Assembly: GCF_004010195.1 (NCBI RefSeq)
Contig: NC_057719.1
Coordinates: 12,847,872 to 12,911,871 of the forward strand
Length of the DNA stretch: 64,000 nucleotides
Reading direction: 5' to 3'
DNA from: Chiloscyllium plagiosum
Taxonomy: Eukaryota
Shown here: positions 49,500 through 61,404 of the stretch, in pieces
Position numbering within the stretch: position 1 is the first letter of the stretch
How the letters are laid out: the number at the start of each line of letters is the position of its first letter
Translations under genes and position numbers: made by a program
The notes under the pieces: generated by a model
The model's database searches: none
Told to the model about the DNA's origin: nothing
Seen by the model: only the letters and a program-made list of their open reading frames with translations

Positions 49500-51600
49500 G
49501 AGCTCTTGAAGAATATAGAGGAAACAGGAAAGAACTTAAAGAGTGAGGGGGTCTGAAACGGGCATAGAAATGACCTTGGCAAACAGGATTAAGTAAAATC
49601 CCAAGACTTTTTATGTGTATATAAGGAGCAAGAGGATAGCTAGGGAACAGGTAGGTATACTGAAGAACAATAGAGGGAATTTATGCTTGGAGCTAGAAGA
49701 AGTGAGTGAGGTCCTTGACAAATCCTTTTGAATGGATATTCACAAATGGTGAATGGTGGTCTGGAGAGGGGTATGTTGATAAACTAGGGCATGTCAATAT
49801 TTTTAAAAAAAGATGGTTCTGGGTGTTTTGAAAAACAGTAAGGTAGACAAGTCCACGGGAGTTGATGGGATCTGTCCCAGAATACTCAACAAGGTGAATG
49901 AGGAAATTGCTGGAGCCTTGTATGAAATCTTTGTATCCACTTCAGTCACAGGAGAGGTCCCAGAGGACTGGAGAAATGTTGTTCCCTTGTTTATGAAGGG
50001 CACCAGGGATAATCAAGAAATTACAGGCTCTTACATCAGTGGTAGGGAAATTAGTGGAGAAGATTTTTAGGGGCAGCATTTATCACATTTTTAAAAAATT
50101 GACTTATTAGCGACTAGCTAAATGGCTTTGTATAGGGGAGGTCGTGAATCACAAAGACGATTTGAGTTTTTTGAGGAAATGACAAAAAAATGACTGACGA
50201 ATGCAGGGCAGTAGATGTTGTCCAAGTGGGCTTTAGCACTTTCTATGTCAAGGAACCTAATGGCAGGCTGACGGAGAAGTTAAAGTCACATGGGAGCAGC
50301 AGTGAGCTGGCAAGATAGATGCTGAACTGGATTGGTCATAGAAGACAGAGAGTAGCAGTGGAAGGGTGTTTTTCTGACTGGAAGCCTGTGACCAGTGGTG
50401 TTCTGCAGGGATCAGCACTGGGCCCTGCCTCCCCCCCCCGGCAGGGTTTATAATATGTATGATTTGGAGGAGAAAGTAGATGGCCTGATAAGTAAGTTTC
50501 ACACAAAGATTGGGGGAGCTGTGGATAGTAAGGAGGATTGCCAGAGGATACAGCAGGAAACAGATAGATTGGAGTCTTGGATGGAGAAATAACCAATGGA
50601 GTTTGATCTGGACAACTGCAAGGTGATGCATTTTGCAAGGTCTAATGCAGGAGGCAAGTATAGAGCCAATGGCAGAAATCTGAGAAGCATCAACATACAG
50701 AGGGATCTCGGTGTACAGATCCACAGTTCCCAGGAAGTGGCAACATTAGGTGGTCAAAGAGGCATAAAACATTCTTACCTTCATCAGTTGAGGCATAGGT
50801 TATAAAAATTGGTAAGCCATGTTACAGCTTTATACAAGTTTAGTTAGGCCACACTTGGAATAATGTGTGCAGTTCTGGTCGTCACACTACCAGAAGGATG
50901 TGGAAGCTTTGGAGAGAGTACAGAAATGGTTTACCAGGATGTTGCCAGGCTTGGAGAGTATTAGCTACAAGGAGAGACTGGACCAACTTGGTTTGTTTTC
51001 ACTTGAGCATTGAAAGGTGAGAGGTGACCTGATACAAGTTTACGAAATTACAAGAGGCTTGCAATTTTTGAGAGGATTTGTAGCTCGGGTTGAGGTTCAG
51101 GTTGTTAAATTTGTTCGCTGAGCTCCAAGGTTTGTTTCTCAGATGTTTCGTCACCATACTAGGTAACATCATCAGTGAGCCTCCGGTGAAGCGCTGGTAT
51201 TCTGTCCCTTTTTCTATCTATGTGTCTTGGTCTCATAAGGTGGATGATATCATTTATGGTTCTTTTTCTCAGAGGTTGGTAAATCAGGTCCAATTCCATG
51301 TGTTTATTGATGCAGTTCTGGTTTGAATGTCAGGCCTCTGGGAATTCCCGTGCGTGTCTCTGTTTAGCCTGCCCCAGGATGGATGTGTTGTCCCAGTTGA
51401 GGAGTGTCCTTCTTCATCTGTACGTAAGGATACTAGTGATAGTAGATCATGTTTTTTGGTGGCTAGTTGGTGTGACTCACTATTATTAGTATCCTTAGGG
51501 TAGAAATGTCAATTACTAGGGGACTGAGGTTTAAGATAAAAGGGAGTAGGTCAAAAGGAGATGTGAGATGTAGGTTTTTCTACACGAGGGTGCTACGTGC
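49500..51600 (+). mobile_element. CR1 LINE ORF2 remnant interrupted by a PLE at about 51065-51480
   Basis: KVDKSTGVDGICPRIL, TGEVPEDWRNVVPLF, gactggaagcctgtgaccagtgg, aggccacacttggaa. Confidence 0.85.
51065..51480 (-). mobile_element. PLE 3' fragment (family D, Poseidon-like): GIY-YIG remnant plus hammerhead-like core (51140-51177)
   Basis: Minus strand HQLATKKHDLLSLVSLRTDEEGH/NWDNTSILGQAKQRHAREFPEA*HSNQNCINKHMELDLIYQPLRK; core CA-CTGATGA-T-GTTACC-TAGTAT-GGTGAC-GAA-ACAT-C-TG. Confidence 0.78.
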
Positions 51601-51730
51601 CTGGAATGTGCGACCTCCTTAAAGCATGTGGTCTGATCTGATCATGTGGCTGTCACATTTTGTTTTATGACTTACCTGTGAACCCCTTTTGGGATGTTTC
51701 ATTACTTCAAAGGTGCTATATAAATGTAGT

Positions 51731-52485
51731 CATGATTTGGAAATGCTGGTGTTGGACTGGGGTGTACAAAGTTAAAAATCACACACCAGGTTATAGTCCA
51801 ACAGGTTTAATTGGAAGCACTAGCTTTCAGAGCGCCGCTCCTTCATCAGATGGTTGCGGAGTATAACATTGTAAGACACAGAATTTATAGTAAAGTTTAC
51901 AGTGTGATGTAACTGAAATTATACATTGAAAAATACCTTGATTGTTTGTTGAGACTTTCATCTGTTCGAATACCATGATAGTTTCACTTCTTTCATGTGT
52001 AAATCACAAAACGTTTTTTAGAAAGTTGCATTCTCAGGTTAACTATAACAATTGGTGATAGCTAGACAATATGTTGAAGGTGTTAGCCCCCTGTGTTCTC
52101 TGTTTATGCCATGATGTTTAGATTGATTCTAATCTAAAAAATGAGATAACAGAGTTTACATGAATGCATGCAGTTTTTGAACAAAGTACAATGTAACTCT
52201 GCAAGTACAAATTCACCCCACATGTGTATATGTGTGTGTGTGGTGTCTGTCTGGGTTGGGGGGTTGTGAGTGTGAGAGAGAGTGTATATGTGTGTGAGTG
52301 TAGACTGGTCTAAGTGTGTGTGTGTGTGGTGTCTGTCTGGGTTGGAGGGTTGTGAGTGTGAGAGAGAGTGTATATGTGTGTGTGTGTATATAGTGCAATG
52401 GTGGTCACCTGTAGTGTGACATGAACCCAAGATCCCGGTTGAGGCGCATGGAACTTAGCTATCAGCCTCTGCTCGGCCACTTTTC
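51731..52485 (-). mobile_element. PLE family B long 3' fragment with ORF end
   Basis: Minus strand KVAEQRLIAKFH/LNRDLGFMSHYR* (52484-52405), then a CA-rich tract with an internal duplication, then the family B terminal repeat. Confidence 0.75.
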
Positions 52486-53552
52486 ACTGCTGCCTGTCCT
52501 TGAATGTAGCTTATTGTTGTTGCTTCAAGAAGCCTTCACACCGTCTATGGCTTTTAAAAACTTTTCAAACTTTGTGCTGAACCTTTTGGATGTGGGGCTA
52601 TGTGGGTTGCCCCTTCACATACTCTCCCCTCCCCACCCATCCCAGCGTTAAACATGAGCTGCTGGGGATGGTGCAAATTGGACATGGAACTGTACAGGGC
52701 GGTTTGGGCAAACTGACCAGCTCCTGAATTACAACATAACAAACAAGTGACATGTAAGCATTACAGCCAGATTGATGGCTGCTATCTCACGTCAGGGCAG
52801 ATTCTTTGCAACTGATAAAGGCAGAGATAAGCTGCTTGTGCTGGATATATAACTCAAATGGCTTTTGCCTGATAAGGCTCCTTTGGAATGTATAAAATAC
52901 ATTTTCATTCTGAGGGAGGGGAGAAGCTGCAATTGAAAGTGAAAGGGAACGTTCGTAAAATGATATGAACATATCAGATGCGTGTTGCTCCCCAGAAATT
53001 GAGTTAGAGGTAACTGGAGAGAGTGGGACATATGTGGTTTTCCTGTTTGGGGTGACAATTGTGCTTGGAAGTTGTGAAGTTTTCAGAATAATGGCCTGAA
53101 TCTTACTCTTTAATTTCCAAGTGTCAGTTTCTCTGGGTTTTTGGAGTGATTGTCTCCACGGGGCTTAGTGAGATTTCTCACTGTACCTTAGCAAACCCAT
53201 TAACTCCCACTCCCCCACCCCCAAAAGTTCCTTCTTGCTCCATTCCAGCCCCATCTAACCATGCGCCATTCCAGGATCAACTCATCCCTCACCAGCTACC
53301 TGCTGAAAGACCAGTGTCCCAGGTGCCTGTGCCTTTCGAACAGGCTGCCGTGAGCACGGGCGAGCACTGGCATTGTAAAGCTGCACTGCTCAGTGAGGGA
53401 TGTTTATTCAGAAGGCATCGGAGAAGGGGAAATGGTGCCAGCGCTTCTCTGACAGAAAATCCGGGAAGACCTCTTCCACCCCACCCAGACCCAGGGATAG
53501 GACAGTCTCCACAGGCCTCAGGAATGGCAAGCGGTGCCATAAGAAAGCTGTG

Positions 53553-53870
53553 ATGTGGAGGTGCCGGTGTTGGACTGGGATGGACAAAGTTAAAAATCAC
53601 ACAGCACGAGGTTATAGTCCAACAGGTTTATTTGGCAGTACAAGCTTTTGGAGTGATGCTCCTTCATCAGCGGCACTCTGAAAGCTAGCTCTTCCAACTC
53701 CAGAACTAGAGGGCATAGGTTTCAGGTGAAAGGGGAAAGATTTAAAAGGGACCTGAGGGACAACTTTTCCACACAGAGAGTGGTGTGTGTATGGAATGAG
53801 CTGCCAGAGGAGGTGGTGGAGATGGTTGCAACCTGTTGGTCTATAACCTGGTGTTGTGTGATTTTTAACA
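53553..53870. mobile_element. Palindromic PLE derivative, family B, with an internal CR1 piece
   Basis: Inverted termini; flanking AAAGCTG(G)TGA repeat; CR1 segment at about 53699-53826. Confidence 0.72.
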
Positions 53871-54634
53871 CACAAAAGCTGGTGACTCTTCTGTCTGCTA
53901 CCTCACTGTACATCTGCTACTGCACCTACCACCCACCATCTTCACCATTACCTTCCCTCACTTGTTCCCCCTCAACCTTCCACACCCCTTCACCCAATCC
54001 CTAACTTGTTAAAATTCATTAATGAGGGCATCGTTGGCTGGGCCAGTGTTTATTGTCCAGAGGGTAGTTAAGAGTCAACCACATTGCTATGGGTTTGGAG
54101 CATGTAGGCCAGACTGGATAGGGATGACAGATTCCTTCCTGAAAAGACTTTAGTGAACCAGATGAGTTTTTCCCCAGTAATCAATTCACGTTCATCATTA
54201 GACTCTTACTTCTAGATTTTAACTGAATTCAAATTACAGCATCTGCTGTGGCGGGGATTCAAACCTGGGTCCCCAGAATATTACCTGCGTCTCTGGATTA
54301 ACAGTCAAGTGATAATACCAGTAGGTCATTGCCTCCCCTATTGCTGCCTACTCACTCACTCAGAACATCTCCCCACCTTCCTTCTACCTGCACCAGTACC
54401 AATAGCTGGCCTAAGGGAGTCCAGAACTAGAGGGCATAGGTTTAAGGTGAGAGGGGAAAGATTTAAAAGGGACCTGAGGGACCTGAGTGGTGTGTGTATG
54501 GAATGAGCTGCCAGAGGAGGTGGTGGAGATGGGTACAATTACAGCATTTAAAAGGTATTTGGACAGATACATGGATAGGAAAGCTTTAGAGGGAAACAGA
54601 CCAAACGCAAGCAAATGGGACTAGCTCAGTTTAG

Positions 54635-54860
54635 ATGTGTTGCTGGAAAAGCGCAGCAGGTCAGGCAGCATCCAAGGAGCAGGAGAATCGACGTTTCAGG
54701 CATAAGCCCTTCTTCAGGAATGAGGCTTAATTCCTGAAGAAGGACTTATGCCCGAAACGTCGATTCTCCTGCTCCTTGGATGCTGCCTGACCTGCTGCGC
54801 CTTTCCAGCAACACATTTTTTAGCACTGATCTCCAGCAACAGCAGTCCTCACTTTCTCCA
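54635..54860. mobile_element. Palindromic PLE derivative, family A (87-bp arms, 8-nt loop)
   Basis: 54635-54721 is the reverse complement of 54730-54816 with few mismatches; hammerhead-like cores on both strands. Confidence 0.88.
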
Positions 54861-55367
54861 TGCCCCATCATATCAGCAATCCACATGCACAGGGAAGGAC
54901 AGGAGCCCTATACATGGAAGTGGCCAGGGTAGGGTTTAGGCTGCTAAAGCTATGAGGCTTGAGTGCCTAAGTGGCCTTTCTCATCCCAGCGTTTTCTTCT
55001 TTTCTCCCATCGTGACATTGACACCAGTTGATGTTCCATACTGAGACATGGCCAGGCTTTAAACTACATATATCTTTGTATTTACATATTCCTCTGGGAC
55101 TGGCAAATCACCGAAGCACTGAGCTGATAACTGCTTACAGGTTTGGAAATGATACATGACAGTCTTTAAGCTGCTGTTGAAGTCTCCATGAAGTACTTGC
55201 GTGATGAAAGGTCTAAAAGTGTTTCATGAGTAATCATTCCAACTGTGTATCAGGATAGCTCTCTGTACTGTTGCTGACTGGAAGGCAGATTTGCTGCTCC
55301 CATTCTCTGGTAGGGATCTAAACTTGGTTGCATGCAGTAGAGAAAAACTACTTGGCAGTCTAACTTT

Positions 55368-55684
55368 GGGGCAGTACAGTGGCTCAGTGATTAGCACTGC
55401 TGCCTCACAGCACCAGGGCCTCGGGTTCGATTCCAACCTCGGACGTCTGTCTGTGTGGAGTTTGCACATTCTCCTCGTGGCTGCGTGGGTTTCCTCTGGG
55501 TGCTCCAGTTTTCTCCCAGACTCCAAAGAGGTGCAGGTCAGGTGAATTGGTGATAATAAATTTCCCATAGTGTTAGGTGCATTAGTCAGAGGGAAATGGA
55601 TTTGGGTGGCTTACTCTTCCGAGGGTCAGTATGAACTTGTTGGGCTGAAGGGCCGGTTTCCATACTGTAGGAACCTAATCTAAC
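55368..55684 (+). mobile_element. HE1-like V-SINE
   Basis: A-box TGGCTCAGTGA, B-box GGGTTCGATTCC, V-domain, ctaatcta tail. Confidence 0.85.
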
Positions 55685-56619
55685 TGTATGTCTGGAGTTA
55701 CCTGTAGTCCAATGGTAAAGCTGCCATAGTCTTACCAGATCACAGAGCTGCCCTCTCATTAGCGAGAGAGGTAACTGGTGAAGGTTTAACCTGAGGGTCA
55801 CCATGCCTCAGGTGAGGGGAGAGATTGAGAAGGAGAATCCTTCATGGTAACTTCAGCCGGAGTGAGATTCGAACCCATGGCTGTTGCCATTACAAACCAG
55901 TCATCCGGCCAATTGAATCCTTCCATGCGGCCTAATGATAGGCATGAAACCATTGTTGACTGTTGTCAAAACCCTCCTGTCCTTTCAGGAAGGAAATCCT
56001 CACTGGATCTGGCCTACATGTGACTCCAAACCCACAGCAATATGGTTGACTCTAAACTGCCTTCTGAAAGTGGCCTAGCAAGTCTAAGTGCAAGGGCAGT
56101 TAATTCTGGCTTTGTCTGTGATGCCCTCATCATGAAAGGATAAATGTTAAATGAATGTAGACCTATCCAGTTGTGCGACAATGGTGAGGCAGGAGAGGGA
56201 AATGCTGTGGTTGACCATGTTCAAGGCTGCAGACAGAGGTCGAGAAGGGTGAGAAGGGAAAATATGCTTTTGGCACAGTGACGTTGGACACTTCAGTTTG
56301 TAAGAGGATGGAAACCTGATTGGACGCATTCAAAATGGACTTTGGGGCATTCAGGAGGTGACAACATCTTCAAGCACTTTGAAGAGGAGGCGGAACTTGA
56401 AGATGAGATGGGAATTTGCACTGAAGGTGCAGCTAAGGGTTAGGGATTTTTGGAAAAATGGGGGGAGACTCGAGGGAGACCCGCTATAACATACAGGCCG
56501 GGGGGGACGGGGGGAGCCTGCTGGTCAGAATTCTAGTGGGAATAGGGTACAGGAAGCATTAGATGCGTTTTATGGACAATATAAGCACAGGGGTTGGGGG
56601 GGGGGGGGGTGTTGGGCAT

Positions 56620-56908
56620 NNNNNNNNNNNNNNNNNNNNNNNNNNNNNNNNNNNNNNNNNNNNNNNNNNNNNNNNNNNNNNNNNNNNNNNNNNNNNNNNN
56701 NNNNNNNNNNNNNNNNNNNNNNNNNNNNNNNNNNNNNNNNNNNNNNNNNNNNNNNNNNNNNNNNNNNNNNNNNNNNNNNNNNNNNNNNNNNNNNNNNNNN
56801 NNNNNNNNNNNNNNNNNNNNNNNNNNNNNNNNNNNNNNNNNNNNNNNNNNNNNNNNNNNNNNNNNNNNNNNNNNNNNNNNNNNNNNNNNNNNNNNNNNNN
56901 NNNNNNNN
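56620..56908. other. Assembly gap (289 N)
   Basis: Run of N. Confidence 1.
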
Positions 56909-57210
56909 TGGCAACATCCTTGTAAATCTTTTCTGAACCCTTTCAAGTTTCACAACATCTTTCCGATAGGAAGGAGACCAGAATTGCACGCAATATTCCA
57001 ACAGTGGCCTAACCAATGTCCTGTACAGCTGCAACATGACCTCCCAATTCCTGTACTCAATACTCTGACCAATAAAGCAAAGCATACCAAACGCCTTCTT
57101 CACTATCCTATTTACCTGCAACTCCACTTTCAAAGAGCTATGAACCTGCACTCCCAGGTGTCTTTGTTCAGCAACACTCTCTCAGACCTTACCATTAAGT
57201 GTATAAGTTG
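56909..57210 (-). mobile_element. CR1 LINE fragment
   Basis: VQVHSSLKVELQV...LYRTLVRPLLEYCVQFWSP on the minus strand. Confidence 0.88.
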
Positions 57211-59219
57211 ATGGCCCAAAGTCAAGTTCTATGTGACTCAGTCACACTTTTCACCAGTCTCCATAAGCATTAATGGAAGAGAGTGGTTGATGGCAGTCTT
57301 ATCAGTTCAACCATCACAACGTAATGAACATAGAACCCGAACGGTTGAGAAACCAAGTTTGTACCAGGCATTCAGGAGCTCTACACTCACTGTTAGTAAT
57401 GGAGCTGCACAGACTAGTGAGTTTCTTTTGACACATTTGCTCTCCATCTTTAGGGAAGTATGTAATTGTGTTGGAAGTAGTTCCAGACTAATACCTGGAA
57501 AGGGAGGGGCCAGTTGCCTCATGAGGAAAGGTTGGGGAGCTAGGCTTACACCCTGTGGAGTTTAGAAGGGTTAGAAGCATGAACCTCCCGAGGGGGTCAT
57601 GACAGGATGGATATGGAGAGGAGGTCTTCCCCTTCTGGAAGAACCTAGAACTAGGCCGTCACAGTTTAAAAATAAAATGGCCATCCATTTAAGACAGTGA
57701 TGAGGAGAAATGTTTTTCTCAGAGGGTCAAGACTCTTTTGCCTCAAGAGGAAGTGAAAACAGAGTCTTTTGGTATTATTAAGGCAGACTCTCACAGACTT
57801 GCAAAGGACCTCTACTGTTCTTCATCCACAGAACTGACCTGCTGCGCTTTTCGAGCAACACATTTTCAGCTAAGGCAGACTATTGACAAGTAAAGGTCAA
57901 AGGTTATTGTCTGTAGGTGGGAATATGGAGTAATCAGATTAGCCATGATCTTATTGAATATAGAATATTCTTTATTGTCACATGTACACAAGTTTTACAA
58001 TGTCACCTCTTATGGCGCCATCTTAGGTACAGTACCTAGTTACAAACTTTAGATACAAAAGAGGAATAAAAAGGCAAGGTAGTTGCATTACTTTACAGTG
58101 TTCAAAGCATAAGTTAGAAATAAGACATAGTTAAAAAGATAGACATTACAGTTGGATAATCAATTACACATAAAGATTGCATTGCAGTAGCTGAGCGCAG
58201 GGTCTTCCACATGTGGTCTAACTGCCGTCACCAGATCCCAGTCCAACAATACTCCCCACTCTGCTCTAAGCCTCCAGCACTGGGTCTCAGCAGCTCCAAG
58301 ATACATTTTCTCCAGGACTTTCTTCACTGTGCCAGCCTCCTCTCCAGGTCTCGAATGGGGGGAGCGATCTTGAGGGATCAGGCAATCTACCCCAGTGTCT
58401 CTAATTGTTTGGCTCACTCTCTGGCATGTTGAAATAGTTCATTTTCCTTTATGTAGATGTTTCTTGCTGTAGCTTCTGACTTGAGTGAGGAAACACCTCA
58501 GTTCCAGGTGAACAATAAATCTACTTGTGCTGGGTGTAGAGGGTAGTCTGAATGGAGTCAGTGATTCTGAAGTCAGGGAGTGTGATCATAGCATGAGGGG
58601 TTATTCATAAATCAAGAGGAAGTTGCAGGGGAGTAATTTGTGTTCCAATCACTATCTTGTTTATTAGTGGAACAAAATTCAGGTCCTCTGAGCTCGACCA
58701 AGAACCACAATATTATGTACATTGTGGTAATTGATTAACATAATTATAAACGTGTTTATTGACTTTTGCGTCTGTACCTTTCTAGGGTCTAGGAATAACC
58801 TCTTGTGCTCTTAGTTATCATTCTGTCCACTCTTTCAACACAAGTTAACATTTCAGTTAAAATAACATCGAAAAATGTTACATTTCTCCACGGCATCAAA
58901 TATTGGGCTGTCCCTCGATACCCAATCCCACGAACAAGTATTTTTTAAAATGAATCATTTCGGGAGTAAGCTAAATAGCTAGATATGGTTCACAAGATCG
59001 ATTACTGAAAATGGCAGACTTTCAAGACAATAGTGTTTTGTTAGAAACTATAGCAGAGGTTTCCATTCTCTTTCACCTAGGAACTGCTAGGATCTTCCTG
59101 TTGTTGGGACCTGTGTTTTCAGACCTAGTCTTTATAAGGGCATGGGCCCAATATCACTTTCTAGTTCACCTTTAATTCCTTGTTTGTCAAAGTGTAATTC
59201 ATCAGGTTAACAACTAGTT

Positions 59220-59680
59220 CATAGAGTCATAGAGATGTACAGCACGGAAACAGACCCTTTTGTCCAATTCGTCCAAGCTGACCAGATATCCCAACCTAAT
59301 TTAGTCCCATTTGCTAGCACTTGGCCCATATCCCTCTAAACTCTTCCTATTCATATACCCATCCAGATGTGTTTTAAATGCTGCAATTGTACCAGCCTCC
59401 ACTACTTCCTCTGGCAGCTCACTCCATACACGCACAACCCTCGGTGTGAAAATGTTGCCCCAGAGATCTCTTTTATATCTCTCCCCTCTCACCCTAAACC
59501 TACGCCCTCTAGTTCTGGACTCTCCCACCCCAGGGAAAAGACTTTCTCCATTGACTCTATCCACGCCCCTCATGATTTTATAAACCTCTATAAGAACACC
59601 CCTCTGCCCCCGATGCTCTGGGGAAAACAGCCCCAGCCTAGTCAGCCTCTCCCTACAGCTCAAATCCTCCAACCTTGGCA
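59220..59680 (-). mobile_element. CR1 LINE 3' end
   Basis: LGLFSPE..IEVYKIMRG..SRTRG..VWSELPEEVVEAG plus tail. Confidence 0.88.
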
Positions 59681-60499
59681 ACCATGAATTACTGTTTCTC
59701 CTCTTGTGCTGAACATTAGAACCAAGGGACCTCCTGATCCTGAAGAGATGCTTTGGTACTCTGGAGAATCTGTGGGAAGTCAATGCTAATTCACATTGGA
59801 TACAGCAGAGTTGTTTTCCCTTGTAGGACGGTCTAGCACCAGAGGGTGCCATCTCAGAAGAAGGGATTGCCCATTTAATGATGTGGAGGTGCCAGTGTTG
59901 GACTGGGGTGGACAAAGTTAAAAATCACACAACACCAGGTTATAGTCCAGCAGGTTTATTTGGAAACACTAGCGTTTGGAGAGCTGCCTGACCTGCTGAG
60001 CTTTTCCAGCAATTTTGTTTCTGATTTACAGCATCTGCAGTTCTTTCGGTTTTTATTTGACGAGTTACAGATGTCGTCTATGATTAATTCAGAACACATG
60101 CATAGCTTAGCATTGCTTAGAAGGGAATGGCTATGGCTCCTAAATCTCCCCATCTGGTTCGAATTGATAGAGATGAATTGCTACAATAATTCAATAATTT
60201 TATGTAAACAGCAGGATACTGAGAGGTGAACTAGGTGGATTTTAGCCTTTTATTATTTAGTGATCCCTACACTCTGTTGCTGGTTGGGCCCCAGTTATTA
60301 TCGTACGGGTCATTGCTTGAGGGAATCAGTCTTCTGCTGATTGGCATTTGGGACATTTGCTCCAAATGCTGCCAGTGGTTTCTAGCTGTCTTCTCTTACC
60401 CTCATCTCGCTATCCGTGCACTAAATAACTTCAAACCGGCCCTGCACTGCGTCTGTCAGATGTGTAACTGACCCCCAACACAACATTCAGATCGCTACA

Positions 60500-61048
60500 A
60501 GTTTAAAATCACACAACACTAGGTTATAGTCCAACAGGTTTAAGCACTAGCTTTCGGAGCGCCACTCCTTCATCAGGTGGTTGTGGAAGACACATTTGTA
60601 AGACACAGAATTTATAGCAAAAGTTTACAGTGTGATGTAGCTGAAATTATACATTAAAAAATACCTAGATTGTTTGTTAAGTCTCTCATCTGTAAGAATG
60701 ACCATGTTAGTTTCACTTCTTTTATTCTCAGGTTAACCTGAGAATGTAACTTTTTTAAAAAAAAGTTTTGTGATTTACATATGAAAGAGGTGAAGCTATC
60801 ATGGTCATTCTAACAGATGAGAGGCTCAACAAACAATCAAGGTATTTTTTAATGTATAATTTCAGCTACATCACACTGTAAACTTTTGCTATAAATTCTG
60901 TGTCTTACAAATGTGTCCTCCACAACCACCTGATGAAGGAGCGGTGCTCCAAAAGCTAGTGCTTCCAATTAAGCCCATTGGACTATAACCTGGCGTCGTG
61001 TGATTTTTAACTTTGTAAGCCCAGTCCAACACCGGCATCTCCGAATCA
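60500..61048. mobile_element. Large fold-back PLE derivative, family B
   Basis: Arms of about 220 bp are reverse complements; perfect 22-bp palindrome ATTCTCAGGTTAACCTGAGAAT at 60724-60745. Confidence 0.85.
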
Positions 61049-61404
61049 AATAGCACCTTTTACATAACGTCCAGGAGCAAAAGTAAAACAAAAGAATACA
61101 TCCACCAGAATGTTTTAGACACACTTCCTGTGTCGTGTGGAGTTAGTTGTATTGTCATGGGGCAACTGTAGAGAGGTCTTGACATTCTCTTGTCTCAGTG
61201 CATAATCCAGAACAGTAACCAATGACAACTTATATTCCTGTAGTTTCTTCGATGTTGAAAAATATTTCCAAAGTCCTTCACAAAGTAGTAAAGGTTTCCA
61301 TCCAGTAGGTGATCCTCCCATAATTGAATAGCCTGAAAAGCAGTCACTGTCAAGACATACAAATGAAGCTTGGTTCTTTTGCTCTGCACCTGTCCCCTGC
61401 GTAG

